Assembly: GCA_964016885.1 (NCBI GenBank)
Contig: OZ024741.1
Location: 376,216,001-376,280,000 of the forward strand
DNA: 64,000 nucleotides
Direction: 5' to 3'
Origin: Eledone cirrhosa
Lineage: Eukaryota
Shown: piece after piece, positions 25,980-39,739 of the stretch
How the letters are laid out: each line of letters starts with the position of its first letter
Numbering within the stretch: the first letter of the stretch is position 1
The notes under the pieces: generated by a model
What the model saw: only the letters and a program-made list of their open reading frames with translations
What the model was told of the DNA's origin: nothing
The model's database searches: none
Made by a program: the position numbers and the translations under genes

Positions 25980-26869
25980 ATATAATATAAATATAAATAT
26001 AAATATTAAAAATCCATTCAGGATGTGGTTACTCCAGGCTAGGAAGACCCCCACAAACTCTCCTTATATACACCAAAGAAAAAAGTTTAAAATATTGTAT
26101 ATAGCTGAGATGGGGAACCTGTGACCTTAAGGCAGCATGCTGCTTTCTATGCCATTCTGTGCTATCTTTTGAAAGAATAAAATACATTATCTCTAAAACA
26201 ATAATTACTGATGAAGGATGGGTGCCTATGTATATATATACTAACAGCCTTCACTGTGCTCAGATATATTCATAAGGCATCTCCCGTAATCTGTTGTCAT
26301 GGATTAGATTAAAAGATGTTAAATGTATTTGCATAACATGACTTTAAAAATGTATATATAATATCTAAATACAGAAATTAATAACGAAAATAATAGAAAA
26401 ATGTATTCTACAAAAATTATAAAACATATACTGAACTTCAGTATATACCAGAGGCCGGATTAACTTACTCTTAATACAATAAGGCCGCATTCAAGAAGCC
26501 ATAATTATATATTTAAAATATTTATATTATTTTGTAAAAATATAATTACTATGTACTAATTATCTAAGAAACTGAAACAAATAATCTTAAAGCAAACTAC
26601 ATTTTAATGACTTTGTTGTGACTGCTTGATTTTGGAAAGTATTTTGAAATTTGGTTGCAGCATGGAGGCCTTTATGATCTACTAATATTTTAATTCTGTC
26701 TGTCAGTGTGGATTATTTCATTGAGTTATATTGTATTTTTTGGTATTTAACATACGTTCATCTTATGGTTTGAATTATAATTTGTTGGGAATTGTTTATT
26801 CTTTCAAAAGATAGCACAGAATGGCATAGAAAGCAGCATGCTGCCTTAAGGTCACAGGTTCCCCATCTC

Positions 26870-27340
26870 TTCCTAGCCTGGAGTAACCTACATACAATTG
26901 ACTGTGGTAGAAACATCCTCTTCTAGATGGAGGCCGACAACATGCAGGGTTTGATTTAGGAAGTTGGTAATGGTCATTGCGTAACTGACTCCCACTGGGA
27001 ATTGCATTCATTTGTAATGAAAGCGGATATCAGTTGGTATTAGTGGTATTCTAGGCATAAATGCGATGTCTCCCTTACCACATCTAGTGAGGAATTTGGC
27101 TTCGATAATGTGAGGTCGTAGATCAATCACAACCATACGCAATTCCATTGCACAATTATGGCTGATCTAGGTTTCTGGAAAGCAGAATCACTGTGCCCTT
27201 CTTCAGTTTTAGGTTGTGTGGCAGCATACCGAACAGTTCCTGACTGTTGTGAAATTCTACAGAATAATGAACAGTTTCGTTCTCGTCGACAACTTTGTCG
27301 ATATATTTATATGTATGGCTAACTCCAGGGATCATTTGTG
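26870..27340 (-). pseudogene. Helitron Pif1 helicase remnant
   Basis: HYSVEFHNS..GMLPHNLKLKKGTVILLSRNLDQP, LCNG, FMPRIPLIP, QFPVGVSYAMTI, FYHSQLYVGYSR across frames. Confidence 0.88.
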
Positions 27341-28453
27341 AGAGATTTTGTTGATGGCATTCACGGAATTGTTTTGGGGACAAGGATTGCTCTTTCACAC
27401 AGCTACTTCTCATTGGAATGAGGGAGTTGGAAATTGGAGAATACTTAATTAATGAAGCTAACAACGCTTCCCACAACAGTAGAAAGTGATAAACGATCAA
27501 AACATCCTTCGCTATCAAGGGTTTGCTTTTAAATAAATGTAAACAGCTTAGAGGTGCTTATAATTTCCTGCCTCTGTTATTCGAACTGAAGGAATCTCCG
27601 AACATTGGAAAATTCGGGTATAGCATCCCAGCTTTGATATTTTGGAGACGAAGGCGATTGCAAGCATGACAGAGATCGGATAGGTTGAAAACACACTAAA
27701 CCCCTAGGTAAAAATATTTCTTCGTGATACCAATATATATATATATATGCCTCTCTCTTCCCTTCCCCCACCACTCTCTCCCTCTCTCTCTGAAGCACAC
27801 ATACACACACACACCACACTTCCACCACCACACACACATGTGTGTATATTTATGTATACAATCTCACACTTACACACTCACACTCTCTAAAACCACATTC
27901 CAAAAATAGAATTTCTTTTACAACCCTAGTTTTGCCTATTCCATAGAATTTGTCTCTAGCTTACAATTCCCCTCTTCGCCACCGCCATCTGAACTCTTGA
28001 CCAGTCCATTAACACAATTGAGATATACACACACATTTACAGAATATCTCCTCCCTAAAAATAATTTTGTTCTGTGTGGAAAAACACAACTACCACCACC
28101 AGTGCTACTACCATAACTACACCTCTCTCTATATAAACAAGAGTTCATTTTTCCAGTCTCAACAAGGAAGATGAAAAAAACTTACCTCAACACTTAATTT
28201 AAAATCTTTAATTTTTAGTTTTTAATTGTTATTAATTCTTTTTAATTGTAATACTCAACATTTGATGAGATGAATTTTACTAATACATCGAAACCAGTTA
28301 TACTTTGTATACATTATAAAACTCTTTTTTAAAATAATTGTCCCGTTCATTCTTTCAATAATGTCATTTTGACGAATCAGAGAAAGGAAAAAATAAGAGA
28401 AACAGACTCTTAAATATATTTTCCGTGCTATTTCCAATTTCACCCCCCTTCTC

Positions 28454-28524
<71 letters not shown>

Positions 28525-28528
<4 letters not shown>

Positions 28529-28575
28529 TCAGAAGATCCCGTTAAGGGTGAAAGCAGCGATTCTTTGCTTAAACT
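28525..28575 (+). ncRNA. Hammerhead-like motif with variant core CAGAAGA
   Basis: AGTTT-CAGAAGA-T CCC GTTAA GGG T-GAAA-GCA..TGC-TT-AAACT. All three stems can pair. Confidence 0.6.
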
Positions 28576-29673
28576 TTAATCTGTTATTTTAATAAATAAA
28601 TATATATATATATATATATACAGAAAGAGCGAGGGACACACAAATATAGACAAAAAGGAAGTGAGAGAGATGGGAAGAGAGCGATTGAGTCAGATGTCAA
28701 GCCACCGACAAGGAACGAAGAAATGTTTTAATTAGTTAGAGAGAGGGAGAGATAGATTAAAAGTGAGGTGTAGTGTACCTCTCCCTGTATATTGATAGCA
28801 AGGCAGAGGAAGAGACAGTATTGGTGTCCTAGAAATAGAAGTAAATTCTCCTCCAACTCGCCTCCCCATTGCAGTTTTAAAATATATGTCGTTATTTAGC
28901 TTGATAGAGATCACATTAGTTGAACACACGAAAAACCTTTATTATTAATTTTATTTAGTTATATTAGCCGTCAACATACAAATGAACTTCCTTTGTTCTA
29001 TGGGATATAATATATATATTATTCAAAATATTAATAAATGAAATACATATTTGATTATACATATTTCAAAGGTACAATGGTGTTTAAGTACGTTTTCATC
29101 AGACAAAATATAAGATTTGATATGCAACATACCGCTACGGTTTTGATTATTCAATTCCAGTATTGGCAGTGATTTATTTGCCAAAACTGCTACTATAGTT
29201 CATAGTAATGGCTTGGCTACTGTCTTTTTAACAGCCCACTCCTCACTGATTAACCTCGATGTCACGTGATTGATTCTTTTGAATTTGCCACCGACCAAGT
29301 AGGCAGTGATTTTTTTCAATGTCTTGGAATTTAGTCCACGCTTGCTTTTTTCCATCCACTGAATTATTTTTGTATAAGTTCCCTGTGTCCACGCATCGCC
29401 AGGTAACATAGCTGAGAACAGACTTCCTGAAGACGAAACGGCTTCTCCATGCTTTCCATTTGCAAACCATGTTTATTCCCTTTCAGAAACTAATTAGTTG
29501 GAGTGAAATTTTAGTAAGTAAGTTAATGTTTATAATTTTCTTATTTTACGTCTTTCATATAATTGTTCTGCATCCCCTTGCATTGAACCACAGACTTACT
29601 AAGACAAGACCTATATATTTGCTAGCATAGGTATGCATCTGTATATATATATATGTTGGTAGATATACTAATT

Positions 29674-29770
<97 letters not shown>

Positions 29771-29946
29771 TAGATAGATATAGATAGGTAAATATACACG
29801 GGTGTGTATGATTGTCTATAGAAGATTATATTAATAAGAGGAATTCCAACTTTGTCTGATTTACTCGTTTTATTTACAATCCTTTAAAATATATAATGGT
29901 ATTATAATGAAATAGTATGATAGAATATTAAATTCTAAGTGTTAAT

Positions 29947-29995
29947 TGAACAAGTACTTTCATGCTTTCGCAATCTTCAGGTTCATACTATGTGG
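29947..29995 (-). ncRNA. Minimal type I hammerhead ribozyme, canonical core
   Basis: Minus strand: TGAAC-CTGAAGA-T TGC GAAA GCA T-GAAA-GTAC-TT-GTTCA, with palindromic AAGTACTT. Lies in a PLE-end-like remnant (~29820-30010). Confidence 0.8.
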
Positions 29996-30511
29996 TGACA
30001 GTCGAGTTTGCAATTTTCAACTGTGCAATTTTCAACTTTTCACATATATATGTATATATGAAAATAATAATCACCAAAGGTCAATGTAATAATATATTAT
30101 TTAATTAATTTACATATGTTTCATTCAACTAAAACAGGAGGTAGTGTTTGATTCCTTTGCAGAGAAAATCGTCAGAATTACTACATTTATTTACCGGCAA
30201 CATGTTCTCGTGTTTCCCGATACAAAGATTTGGAAAATGTAAACATCTGAATGCTTTATACAGTTGTTCCATCAACTCATATAACTTACCTCATATATAT
30301 ATATATAGTATTAAGGATACTATTTATGGTTATGTATATACTAAAACCTTTTATAGTTATATATATTTTAAACCCTAAACAGCGAAAGATAGTCATTTAT
30401 TACTACCTTATTACCAGTAAGATAAATAGCTCAATGTAATAACATCAGTTGTTCTACAGAGCAGTTATATAGAAATTACATGAATCAAAGTTCTGTTCTA
30501 ACCATTTATTA

Positions 30512-30556
30512 GCTTACAATTGTTTCTTCCAAACCGAGGTTTGGAGTCTTCGGAGC
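30512..30556 (-). ncRNA. Hammerhead motif with variant core CCGAAGA
   Basis: Minus strand: GCT-CCGAAGA-C TCCAAAC CTCG GTTTGGA A-GAAA-CAATTG-TA-AGC, with palindromic ACAATTGT. Confidence 0.75.
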
Positions 30557-32022
30557 AATTTTTCAATGATTGTTTACATACATGAGCTCCTTTCCAACAC
30601 AAGAGACATACAGAAACACATGTATATATCAATGCACAGTGGGATGACATCCATTATAATATTTTAGCATGGCAATTTACATTCAAAGATTAAAGTCATA
30701 TTAAAAGAAAATTACAACAAAATTAAAGTTAAAATACAACATTGGCAGTTTACGAAGATAATGTAACAGGATAGTTTGAAGTAGTTAGTGTATGCAATAG
30801 TTACACGTGGGGCATGCACGTGTGTCTTATTTATATAAGATTATATTGCGGCAAGGTTTTATATGGAATACAAGCACTTTAAGCGGGCAATCAAGAGTAT
30901 TATGGGGGTTGTATTGGTAAAGTATTTTTTATGTATGATATAGAAGCTTGTGTGTAGAGAAATATTAAAAATGAGAAGTAAAATAATGTTATGGTTTTCG
31001 TATACACCACCATTTTCACAATCCAGGAAACGTAATATATAGATTATATGTCCTTCACATAATCAACGATGATTCAATATTGGATGCTTGATGAATTAGG
31101 TTAGATTATTACAGCTTGTTGTTCTTTAATCCAATTTTATAGAGCAGGTTGTTTTTGTTGCGAGAATTAACATCGTTATATTTTCCGGAAGTGTGTGTGT
31201 GATTAAGGGGAGTTAATGCGTGAGGGGAGGTAACTAGCTGATTTCTATAACTAAATTTATTATCCCATGTACATTAAATGGTGTCCTAAATGAGTCCCTA
31301 TCATATAAGTTTATAAACAGTTTCTAAATTCAAGTATCCTATCTTTAAATTACAGTCTAGCCTATCAAGAAGTACTAAAGGTGTTCATATTAGGATGATT
31401 ACCATCTATCATAGAGTGCCACAACTGAATATTCCACATGAAGAGTCAGATACCCAAATCAATGATCTTTGTAAGTGTAGTCTACCCACAGAACCTGGCA
31501 GGGTTTTATTAGTATCACTTCTATATATAACCCCTGGTAAGCTCTGGGTCAGTGCATGTCTGTTTGCATGGCAAAGTTAAATATCACTAGGGTAGACCAG
31601 AGATCAATTCACACTTACAATGTCACTAATCCGACCATCAAGCCATACATGTATTTACAACTCATATATCACTTGTACATAATTCATTGCACTCAGCATA
31701 TAGGTTATATAGCTCTTTTATGTTAATAAATTAATCTTCCATTTATCCAATGATGGCACTCCATACACAGAACAACACTAGCACAAACAATTCAGTGTTT
31801 AAAGTTTACATTTAATTATATAGTGGTGTGATGTAGTCTAAGTAATTGAAGGCAATTATACCAAAAGTAGAAGTACATGGGGATATCTCTAGGGTAAAAT
31901 GTTCTAGAAGGATGTCATTATTTGTGTTAAGGTATGGTGGATCATTGAGTGTGGAGATGTGGGGTAAGGTGTGCCCTTGAGGTTTATTGCTAGAAGTGGT
32001 GATGGGTTCAAGTCTGACATTG

Positions 32023-34290
32023 TTATATATTGGGTTTAAAGTTTTGGAAGGAGTGTAGGAAGCGGTGCTGGCAAGACGCGAACACTTCTGATTTTTTATT
32101 AAGGAAGTTATGGTTTGAGAAGATAATAGTATGGGTCTCTAGTAGACAGAGGTTACAAAATCTATTAGGTGGTTTGTACGATGTCGCCTTACCTATCACC
32201 TCCCATTTAAGTGTATAAGATTTACTTTTAGTTTTTAAATAGTGTATGTAGCTAGATAGTGAAGTCGAGTTGGCTAGACTGTGTTTTTTGAAAGAGTGGA
32301 GATGCGAATTGTATCTGGTTTTGAAGCAGTTAGAAGTAGAGCCTATATAAGTTTCAGAAGAGTTGCTAGTTGTGACGGTGCATGAGTATATGATATCTTT
32401 GATTAAGCATTTTTCATCTAAAGGGCAGGTTCTATTAGATCTACAGTTACAATTATTCTGGGTGTTAGTCTGCCGGTTATTATGTTGTGTAGAAGTCTGG
32501 ATGGTAGCTGTAGGATTAGTTGTGGGGTTGTCGTTCCCAGCGTTATTGCTTACACTAGTGCTATTACTATTATTACTATTGTTATTAGGGTTAGTTGATA
32601 TAATGTTATTTTGAAGGTTTACCGTCTGTTGTGATTTAGTTTGTTGGAAGTAAGAATTAATTTTTCTTTTATTGCTACTAGCTATGTGGTATGCTATATT
32701 AGGCGTAGTAGAGTAGGAGATGTTTATAGTGTTTTTGTTTAAAAGGCTATGGTATTTGTGGCCAGATGGGAAGTTTTTATTTAGAAGTGAGAAGAAAGCC
32801 CTAGGTAGGTTGGTAGAGACGTTTAGATTGAAAGGAGGGTTGAAAACTGTATTATTTCTTCTTCTATTTTTGTTTTTTATGTTTAGTGAGTTGTTTCCTT
32901 TTATGGTACTATGGTAATTTCTGTGGCGTGGGTTACTTTTGTTGGCATCCTCCGTATTAGTGTGTGTGTGGTTGCTATTCTTATTACTACATTTCCTCAT
33001 GGACATATTGTGCGAAATAATGTTGTAGCTATGTGTTTTGTGGGTAGGAACTCGATCTCTATATTATGGCCTGATCTAGCTAATGCCTGATTATAATATT
33101 GCGAGTTTTTGCTAAATATGTTTACGTCGTAAGATAGATTAGAGATTCTATTGGATACTCCTTTAGAGATAGAGTTTAATATTGATCTAGGGTGGTTAGA
33201 CTTGGTATCTACGTAAATGAGTTTTTCGTTAGGTTTATGGAAACGAGTATATATCTTTGAGTCTAGGTAGAAGGTAGCGTCTAGGAAGTTAACGTTTTTA
33301 GTGTTTTTGTCCATGGAGATACTAAGGTTATAGTTTTTGAATGACTTGTGCAATAGTTTTCTAGTTCTTTCTATATTGAATTTTTCATAGTCTATGAGTA
33401 GAAGTGCATCATCACGGTACAAACCACCGTTGAGGTATGGAAGGTCCTTATGGATTTCGTTAAGTAAATATAGGCCGACCAAATCAGTGACCTGCGCCGA
33501 GTCACTAGATCCCATGGTTATGTCGAAGTTGTTTTGCGTATCTTTGCGGGTCCATAATTGGTCTTGAAAGGTGATTATGGTTTTACGGGCCGCAAGTATG
33601 ACATCAATCTGGAGGTCTAGTCAGGTCACTATTGTCCATGGCCATGATTAGTGCCTTATTTAATAGGATCGGGGAAATAGAGATGTAGTACGAATTGATA
33701 TCAAATTGAATAACTGTTTTATCCTTGTTATCCTTGATATCTTTGAACCATTCAATAACTTCACCCGTATTTCCCCATTGTTTAAGGTATATCTTGTGTT
33801 TAATCTGTGGGATGATTTTATCTAAAGTTTTCTTACTGATAATGCCAATGTCAGACTTGGAAGGGCAGATAAGTCTAATCGAGGGGTTGCTAATGAAGTC
33901 CTCCTTATGGTCCTTCAGAGAGAATCTAGGGAGGTTTGGGGGTATATGGTTGTGTATGTCTCAAAAGTCCTAGTTTGGACACTATATTATAGCCTTCCAT
34001 ATTAATATCTTCTAAGTTTTTCATAGTAGTTTTCTTGTAGCTTTTATGTAGTTCATTATATATAAACTTTCTATAAGTATCATAATCTAGGCTGTATATG
34101 TCATTAGTTTTGTCCGCATGTACACTAATTTTATTACTAGTTTTGAATTCATTAATAGAGGTGTTAAGTTTGTTTAAGATTTACGGTGCTTTTCGTATTT
34201 AATATTCTTAACTAGTTTTATTAGGTCATTTTCAAAGGAGTTTAGTAGTGTGTAGTATGAGGGGAGCTTCTAAAGGTTTTAAAGCCGAAG
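32023..34290 (-). pseudogene. PLE RT + GIY-YIG polyprotein; 3' part still open (32023-33006, 32997-33515)
   Basis: VHADKTND, IRLICPSKSDIG, VIQFDINSYY, MGSSDSAQVTDLVG, GGLYRDDALL, NFLD, SNHP, FNPPFNL, CNCRSNRTCPL, IIYSC..YIGST..R, CNLCLLE, CQHR. Confidence 0.95.
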
Positions 34291-35006
34291 GAGTCAAATT
34301 TGTTAGTATTATTAACCTTGTTAGATTTGTTTTTATCACAATGTTAATTAGATTTGTTTTTATCACAATGTTAACATATCAATATGTTAATTCTCGCAAC
34401 AAAAACAATCTGCTCTATAAAATTGGATTAAAGAACAACAAGCAGTAATAATCTAACCTTATTCATCAAGCATCCAATATTGAATCATCGTTGATTATGT
34501 GAAGGACATATAATCTATATATTACGTTTCCTGGATTGTGAAAATGGTGGTGTATACGAAAACCATAACATTATTTTACTTCTCATTTTTAATATTTCTC
34601 TACACACAAGCTTCTATATCATACATAAAAAATACTTTACCAATACAACCCCCATAATACTCTTGATTGCCCGCTTAAAGTGCTTGTATTCCATATAACA
34701 CCTTGCCGCAATATAATCTTATATAAATAAGACACACGTGCATGCCCCACGTGTAACTATTGCATACACTAACTACTTCAAACTATCCTGTTACATTATC
34801 TTCGTAAACTGCCAATGTTGTACTTTAACTTTAATTTTGTTGTAATTTTCTTTTAATATGACTTTAATCTTTGAATGTAAATTGCCATGCTAAAATATTA
34901 TAATGGATGTCATCCCACTGTGCATCGATATATACATGTGTTTCTGTATGTCCCTTGTGTTGGTGTTGGACAGGAGGTCATGTATGTAAACAATCATTGA
35001 AAAATT

Positions 35007-35044
35007 GCTCCGAAAAGCTTGGTTTGGAAGAAACAATTGTAAGC
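35007..35044 (+). ncRNA. Hammerhead copy in inverted arm with stem II deletion
   Basis: GCT-CCGAAAAGCTTGGTTTGGAA-GAAA-CAATTG-TA-AGC. The 5' strand of stem II is lost. Confidence 0.5.
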
Positions 35045-35091
35045 TAATAAATGGTTAGAACAGAACTTTGATTCATGTAATTTCTCTCTAA

Positions 35092-36072
35092 AGTAAAAAG
35101 GAAAAGAAAATGCTGACACATTTTTCCCAGTGAAAAATAGTTTAATTAGGAATAAGTATAAATTAGTAATAAGTATTAGTTAGTATTCAGTTTTAGTTTT
35201 AAGTTTTTACTGGTTGCGGAGAAGTGTGTGTGTCTTATACGGAGAAGTGTGTGTGCCTTATACGGAGAAGTGTGTGTGTGTGGAGGGTTAAGGTATTTTT
35301 ACCGGTTGCTGAAAAATATGTTTCAACATGTTAAAATACCCCCCCCCCCACACACACACGTACACACACATTCCTACTGACCGATTCATTATCACAACAA
35401 TGAAGCACTCTGCTATACACGCACACATACACACATATTTGTCTTAATAAACACCTGAACTGTTGACCTTTCAACATGACTACAACTCACACACGTACAC
35501 ACACATCCCTACTAACCATTATCACAACTATGAACCACTTTACTACACACACACACATACACACACACACAAACACACACACATACCCACACACATATTT
35601 GTCTTAATAGACATATTTTTCAGTGACTTCTCAACGTGACTGCAACCCAATCAAGCGGAAAAGGACACTCTTCGACAAACCTACATTTGGCGCGAAACCA
35701 GTTCGCGCTAAAATCAATTTTAACATTCACGTGACTTCTACCGACCAATCAAAATTGTTTTGACTATAAGAATTTTTGGAACACGAATTGGCGAGAAATT
35801 TATAGTGCTTATTCACGTGACATTCAACAACCAACCAAATCTTAATACCTCTAGAGTCACTTTTTTCACATAAAACAGGAAGAATTTCCCAAACTAATCA
35901 GATTAGAGCAAAAAATCAGAGCGCTCAATCTCAAAATTATTTTTGAAAAGCATTAGAAATGCGCAACCGGTGAAGTATTAGTAACTAATACTTATTACTA
36001 ATTTATACTTATTCCTAATTAAACTATTTTTCACTGGAAAAAATTTGTCAGCATTTTCTTTTCCTTTTTACT
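35092..36072. mobile_element. Non-coding foldback/MITE-like element with ~90-bp inverted repeats
   Basis: AGTAAAAAGGAAAAGAAAATGCTGACA..AGTATTAGTTA is inverted at ~35982-36072. Internal CACGTGAC..ACCAAT motifs. Confidence 0.65.
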
Positions 36073-36312
36073 AATAAATCACAACTCGTGTGTCACACCT
36101 CTATTTTTTAAATATATAAATATATATATATAAAAATAAATAAATAAATGCCATTGTTAATTAATAAATAAATTAACTAATACCTTAACCCTCCACACAA
36201 AGTAAAATATATTGTTTTAAACATTTTCTAACCCAGAAAAAAGAGAAACAAATAAAAAGGAAAAAAAAAAATGTTCTTCCTAACAATTGTGTTTTTCTCC
36301 TAATACTTATAT

Positions 36313-36520
36313 CATAGTCGGCTGTACAATAAGGGGCTTTATTTCAAGTATTAAGCATTCTTTCATTGATCAGGTGAGTCTAAAGGCCGCTAACCACTCG
36401 AAGTTGTGTCACTCGACCTTAAATACAGTGTTTAACTTTGATAAAATCCTCACACTCACCTGATCAATGAAACAATTGTTAATTCTTGAAATAAAGCCCC
36501 TTGTTGTACAGCTGACCATG
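36313..36520. repeat. Hairpin with ~67-bp imperfect arms
   Basis: CATAGTCGGCTGTACAATAAGGGGCTTTATTTCAAG..TTTCATTGATCAGGTGAGT pairs with ACTCACCTGATCAATGAAA..CTTGAAATAAAGCCCCTTGTTGTACAGCTGACCATG. Confidence 0.85.
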
Positions 36521-36680
36521 TTATTCTTCATCCTTTCACTATTATTACTCCAAGTATAACCTGCATAGGAATTCTCGCGAACTCGCTGCCTATCTATAGA
36601 AATGCCGTACGTTAAAACTATTCACAATACAGAGTACTCACAACCTCTAACTGGATTACCTATAACGATAACTTGTTATC

Positions 36681-37360
<680 letters not shown>

Positions 37361-37388
37361 TATATATATATATGTGTGTGTGTATGTG

Positions 37389-37421
<33 letters not shown>

Positions 37422-37422
37422 T

Positions 37423-37468
<46 letters not shown>

Positions 37469-37519
37469 CATATGTATGTGTGTGTGTATGCATATATATG
37501 TATACAGTAACACTCTCAG

Positions 37520-38460
37520 GCACATATATGAATGGGTATTATGCATGTATGAATGTGACCAATTTCATGTCATTCGATGCTATCCACAATTTTCTTCGTG
37601 CATTGTATCATATTATGCCTGGCCCGAGTTATCTTAGGGAAGATTTTGATAGAAACGTCTTCCAGACAGCATCAGCTTCAATTGATATGAGCGATTAGAT
37701 CCAATAACTGTGTTAGAGATAACAACTTTGAAATATGTGACTTACTGCAGAAGAATCAAATTATATGTCAAACGTCTTTCTCGATCAATTAAGACTGAAT
37801 CTAATGACGCCTATAAGCCGCTAAAAAAGTGAAAAATGTTTTGAGACATTTTAAGCAGTAATGTTTACAAGGCAAAGCCAGGCAAGCAAGTGAGGCTGTA
37901 GATTGCAATGATACTAAGCCATTTTTCCCTACATTAAGAAAGCATATGTTCAACAATCCTTCCAATACACCTGTAAGAACTGCAGCTAGTCAGTCACTCT
38001 TGACGGATATTCTTTACATTCGGAACCACTGGATAGAACACGCCTTTGGGTTCATTAACAGACCCTCTAATGTCAACATAAATATTACTGAATCAACGAC
38101 AAACAACCCAATTGATGCTTAAATGGCATCAGAATCAATTCAGATTGAATGTTTTCCTGCTGCACAAACATTAAATAACAATATATCTCCTGGCCTGATT
38201 AGTATTAACGCTGAGGTTCTCTAACATGGAGGTGAACAAATGATAAAAGTTTTACACACTCTAATATTCCATTATTGGAAGAAGAAGGAAGTAACACAAT
38301 GCAAGGTTGATGCTATCTTGGTCTCCATTTTTAAATCCGGTGCCAAAATCCAATGTGATAATGTTAGGGCCCAATACCACTCTCTGAACAACGGTGATAG
38401 GTATCCAAAAAAGATAATAGGTCAACATTAATGCCTGCCATTGAGTCGCAGATTTTACAT
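37520..38460 (+). mobile_element. Decayed RTE-like LINE fragment (RT N-terminal region)
   Basis: SPGLISINAEVL*HGGEQMIKVLHTLIFHYWKKKEV..DAILVSIFKSGAKIQCDN. Confidence 0.7.
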
Positions 38461-38559
38461 CAGAGAATAATGTTTTTATAAAAACTAGGGGTCCCTTATT
38501 CTCACTGGTCTAACCCCATGCGCAGGCGTCAAACGTAGCATTTCTATGTCTCAGTGCAT

Positions 38560-38588
38560 GCACACACACGCGCACACACACACACGCG

Positions 38589-38619
<31 letters not shown>

Positions 38620-38752
38620 ACACACATACGCACGCACACACACACACATACACACACACACAAACACAGACACACACACACACACACACACACATACACA
38701 CACACACACATAAACACCCACACACACACACACACGCACACACCCACACACC

Positions 38753-38788
<36 letters not shown>

Positions 38789-39520
38789 CAAAGTAGCTTC
38801 AAGGAAATTAAGGACAAACGTATCTATACGCTGTGCTTACGAGTGTATATATATATTTCTATGCTCATGAATGAACGTATGAGAGATCTGTGTTTCCGTT
38901 CATGTCTATGTACATACAATTTGCTGAGCAAATGAGCGGCTATATGTTTTAGATTGATGTATTATTGATGTCTATACGTCTATAGTATCTCATTATCATC
39001 AGTAAAAGCAACGATAAAATATCTATGTCTCACCAAACGCACATACGTGGATACAAATATACAGCAGTTACATAGATATGCAATAATTCTCTCATACAGA
39101 TACACATGTATACAGACACACGTATACATACGTACACACGTATACATGCTTACATACATAAGCGTATACATATATACACACGTATCCATACATACATACG
39201 CGTATATATACACACATATACATACATACGTACACGATCACCAAACATAATACACTACACATAAGCAATTACACACAATACTACACAAAATTATACACAA
39301 ATATGCAATCATTCTCTCATATACATACACACATATACACATATACACGTATACATGCATACACACGCGTATACATACACACATATCCATACATACGCGT
39401 ATACATACATACACACGTATACATACATATATACATACGCGTATACATACGCACATATACATACATACCTTCGCAGTCACCAAACATAATACACTACAAT
39501 AACAAACACACACAACGCTA
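38560..39520. repeat. (CA)n and CATA/CGTA-rich compound microsatellites
   Basis: Read directly from the sequence. Confidence 0.9.
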
Positions 39521-39739
39521 CACAGTCACATTCACCCAATCCTGTGTTGCTATTTTTGTAATACTCGACGACGGATATTCTTCAGTTGATTATTAGAAAA
39601 TCAAAGCTAATGAAATGAGGAGGCAAATCTGTACATCCACACATGTGCGCAGACACATACTTGGATATGCGGATCTGCGTATATATATATAAATTTTGTG
39701 GTTTCCACTATAAATATATTATATATTATATATATATAT

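Larger units (their letters stand above)
30307..35085 (-). mobile_element. Penelope-like (Naiad-like) element with ~700-bp inverted terminal copy
   Basis: 30471-31173 is a near-identical reverse complement of 34384-35085. RT and GIY-YIG frames lie between the arms. Confidence 0.93.

Noticed and set aside
28262-28300. TTGATGA-GATG..CATC-GAAA-CCAG-TT hammerhead-like motif (homolog ~8375-8412)
   Set aside because: Stem II pairs, but stem I cannot be formed convincingly and both copies have core changes. Not counted among the HHRs.
32023-33006. 327-aa ORF as a standalone host GIY-YIG nuclease gene
   Set aside because: It is the frameshift-separated 3' part of the PLE polyprotein, contiguous with the RT frames upstream.
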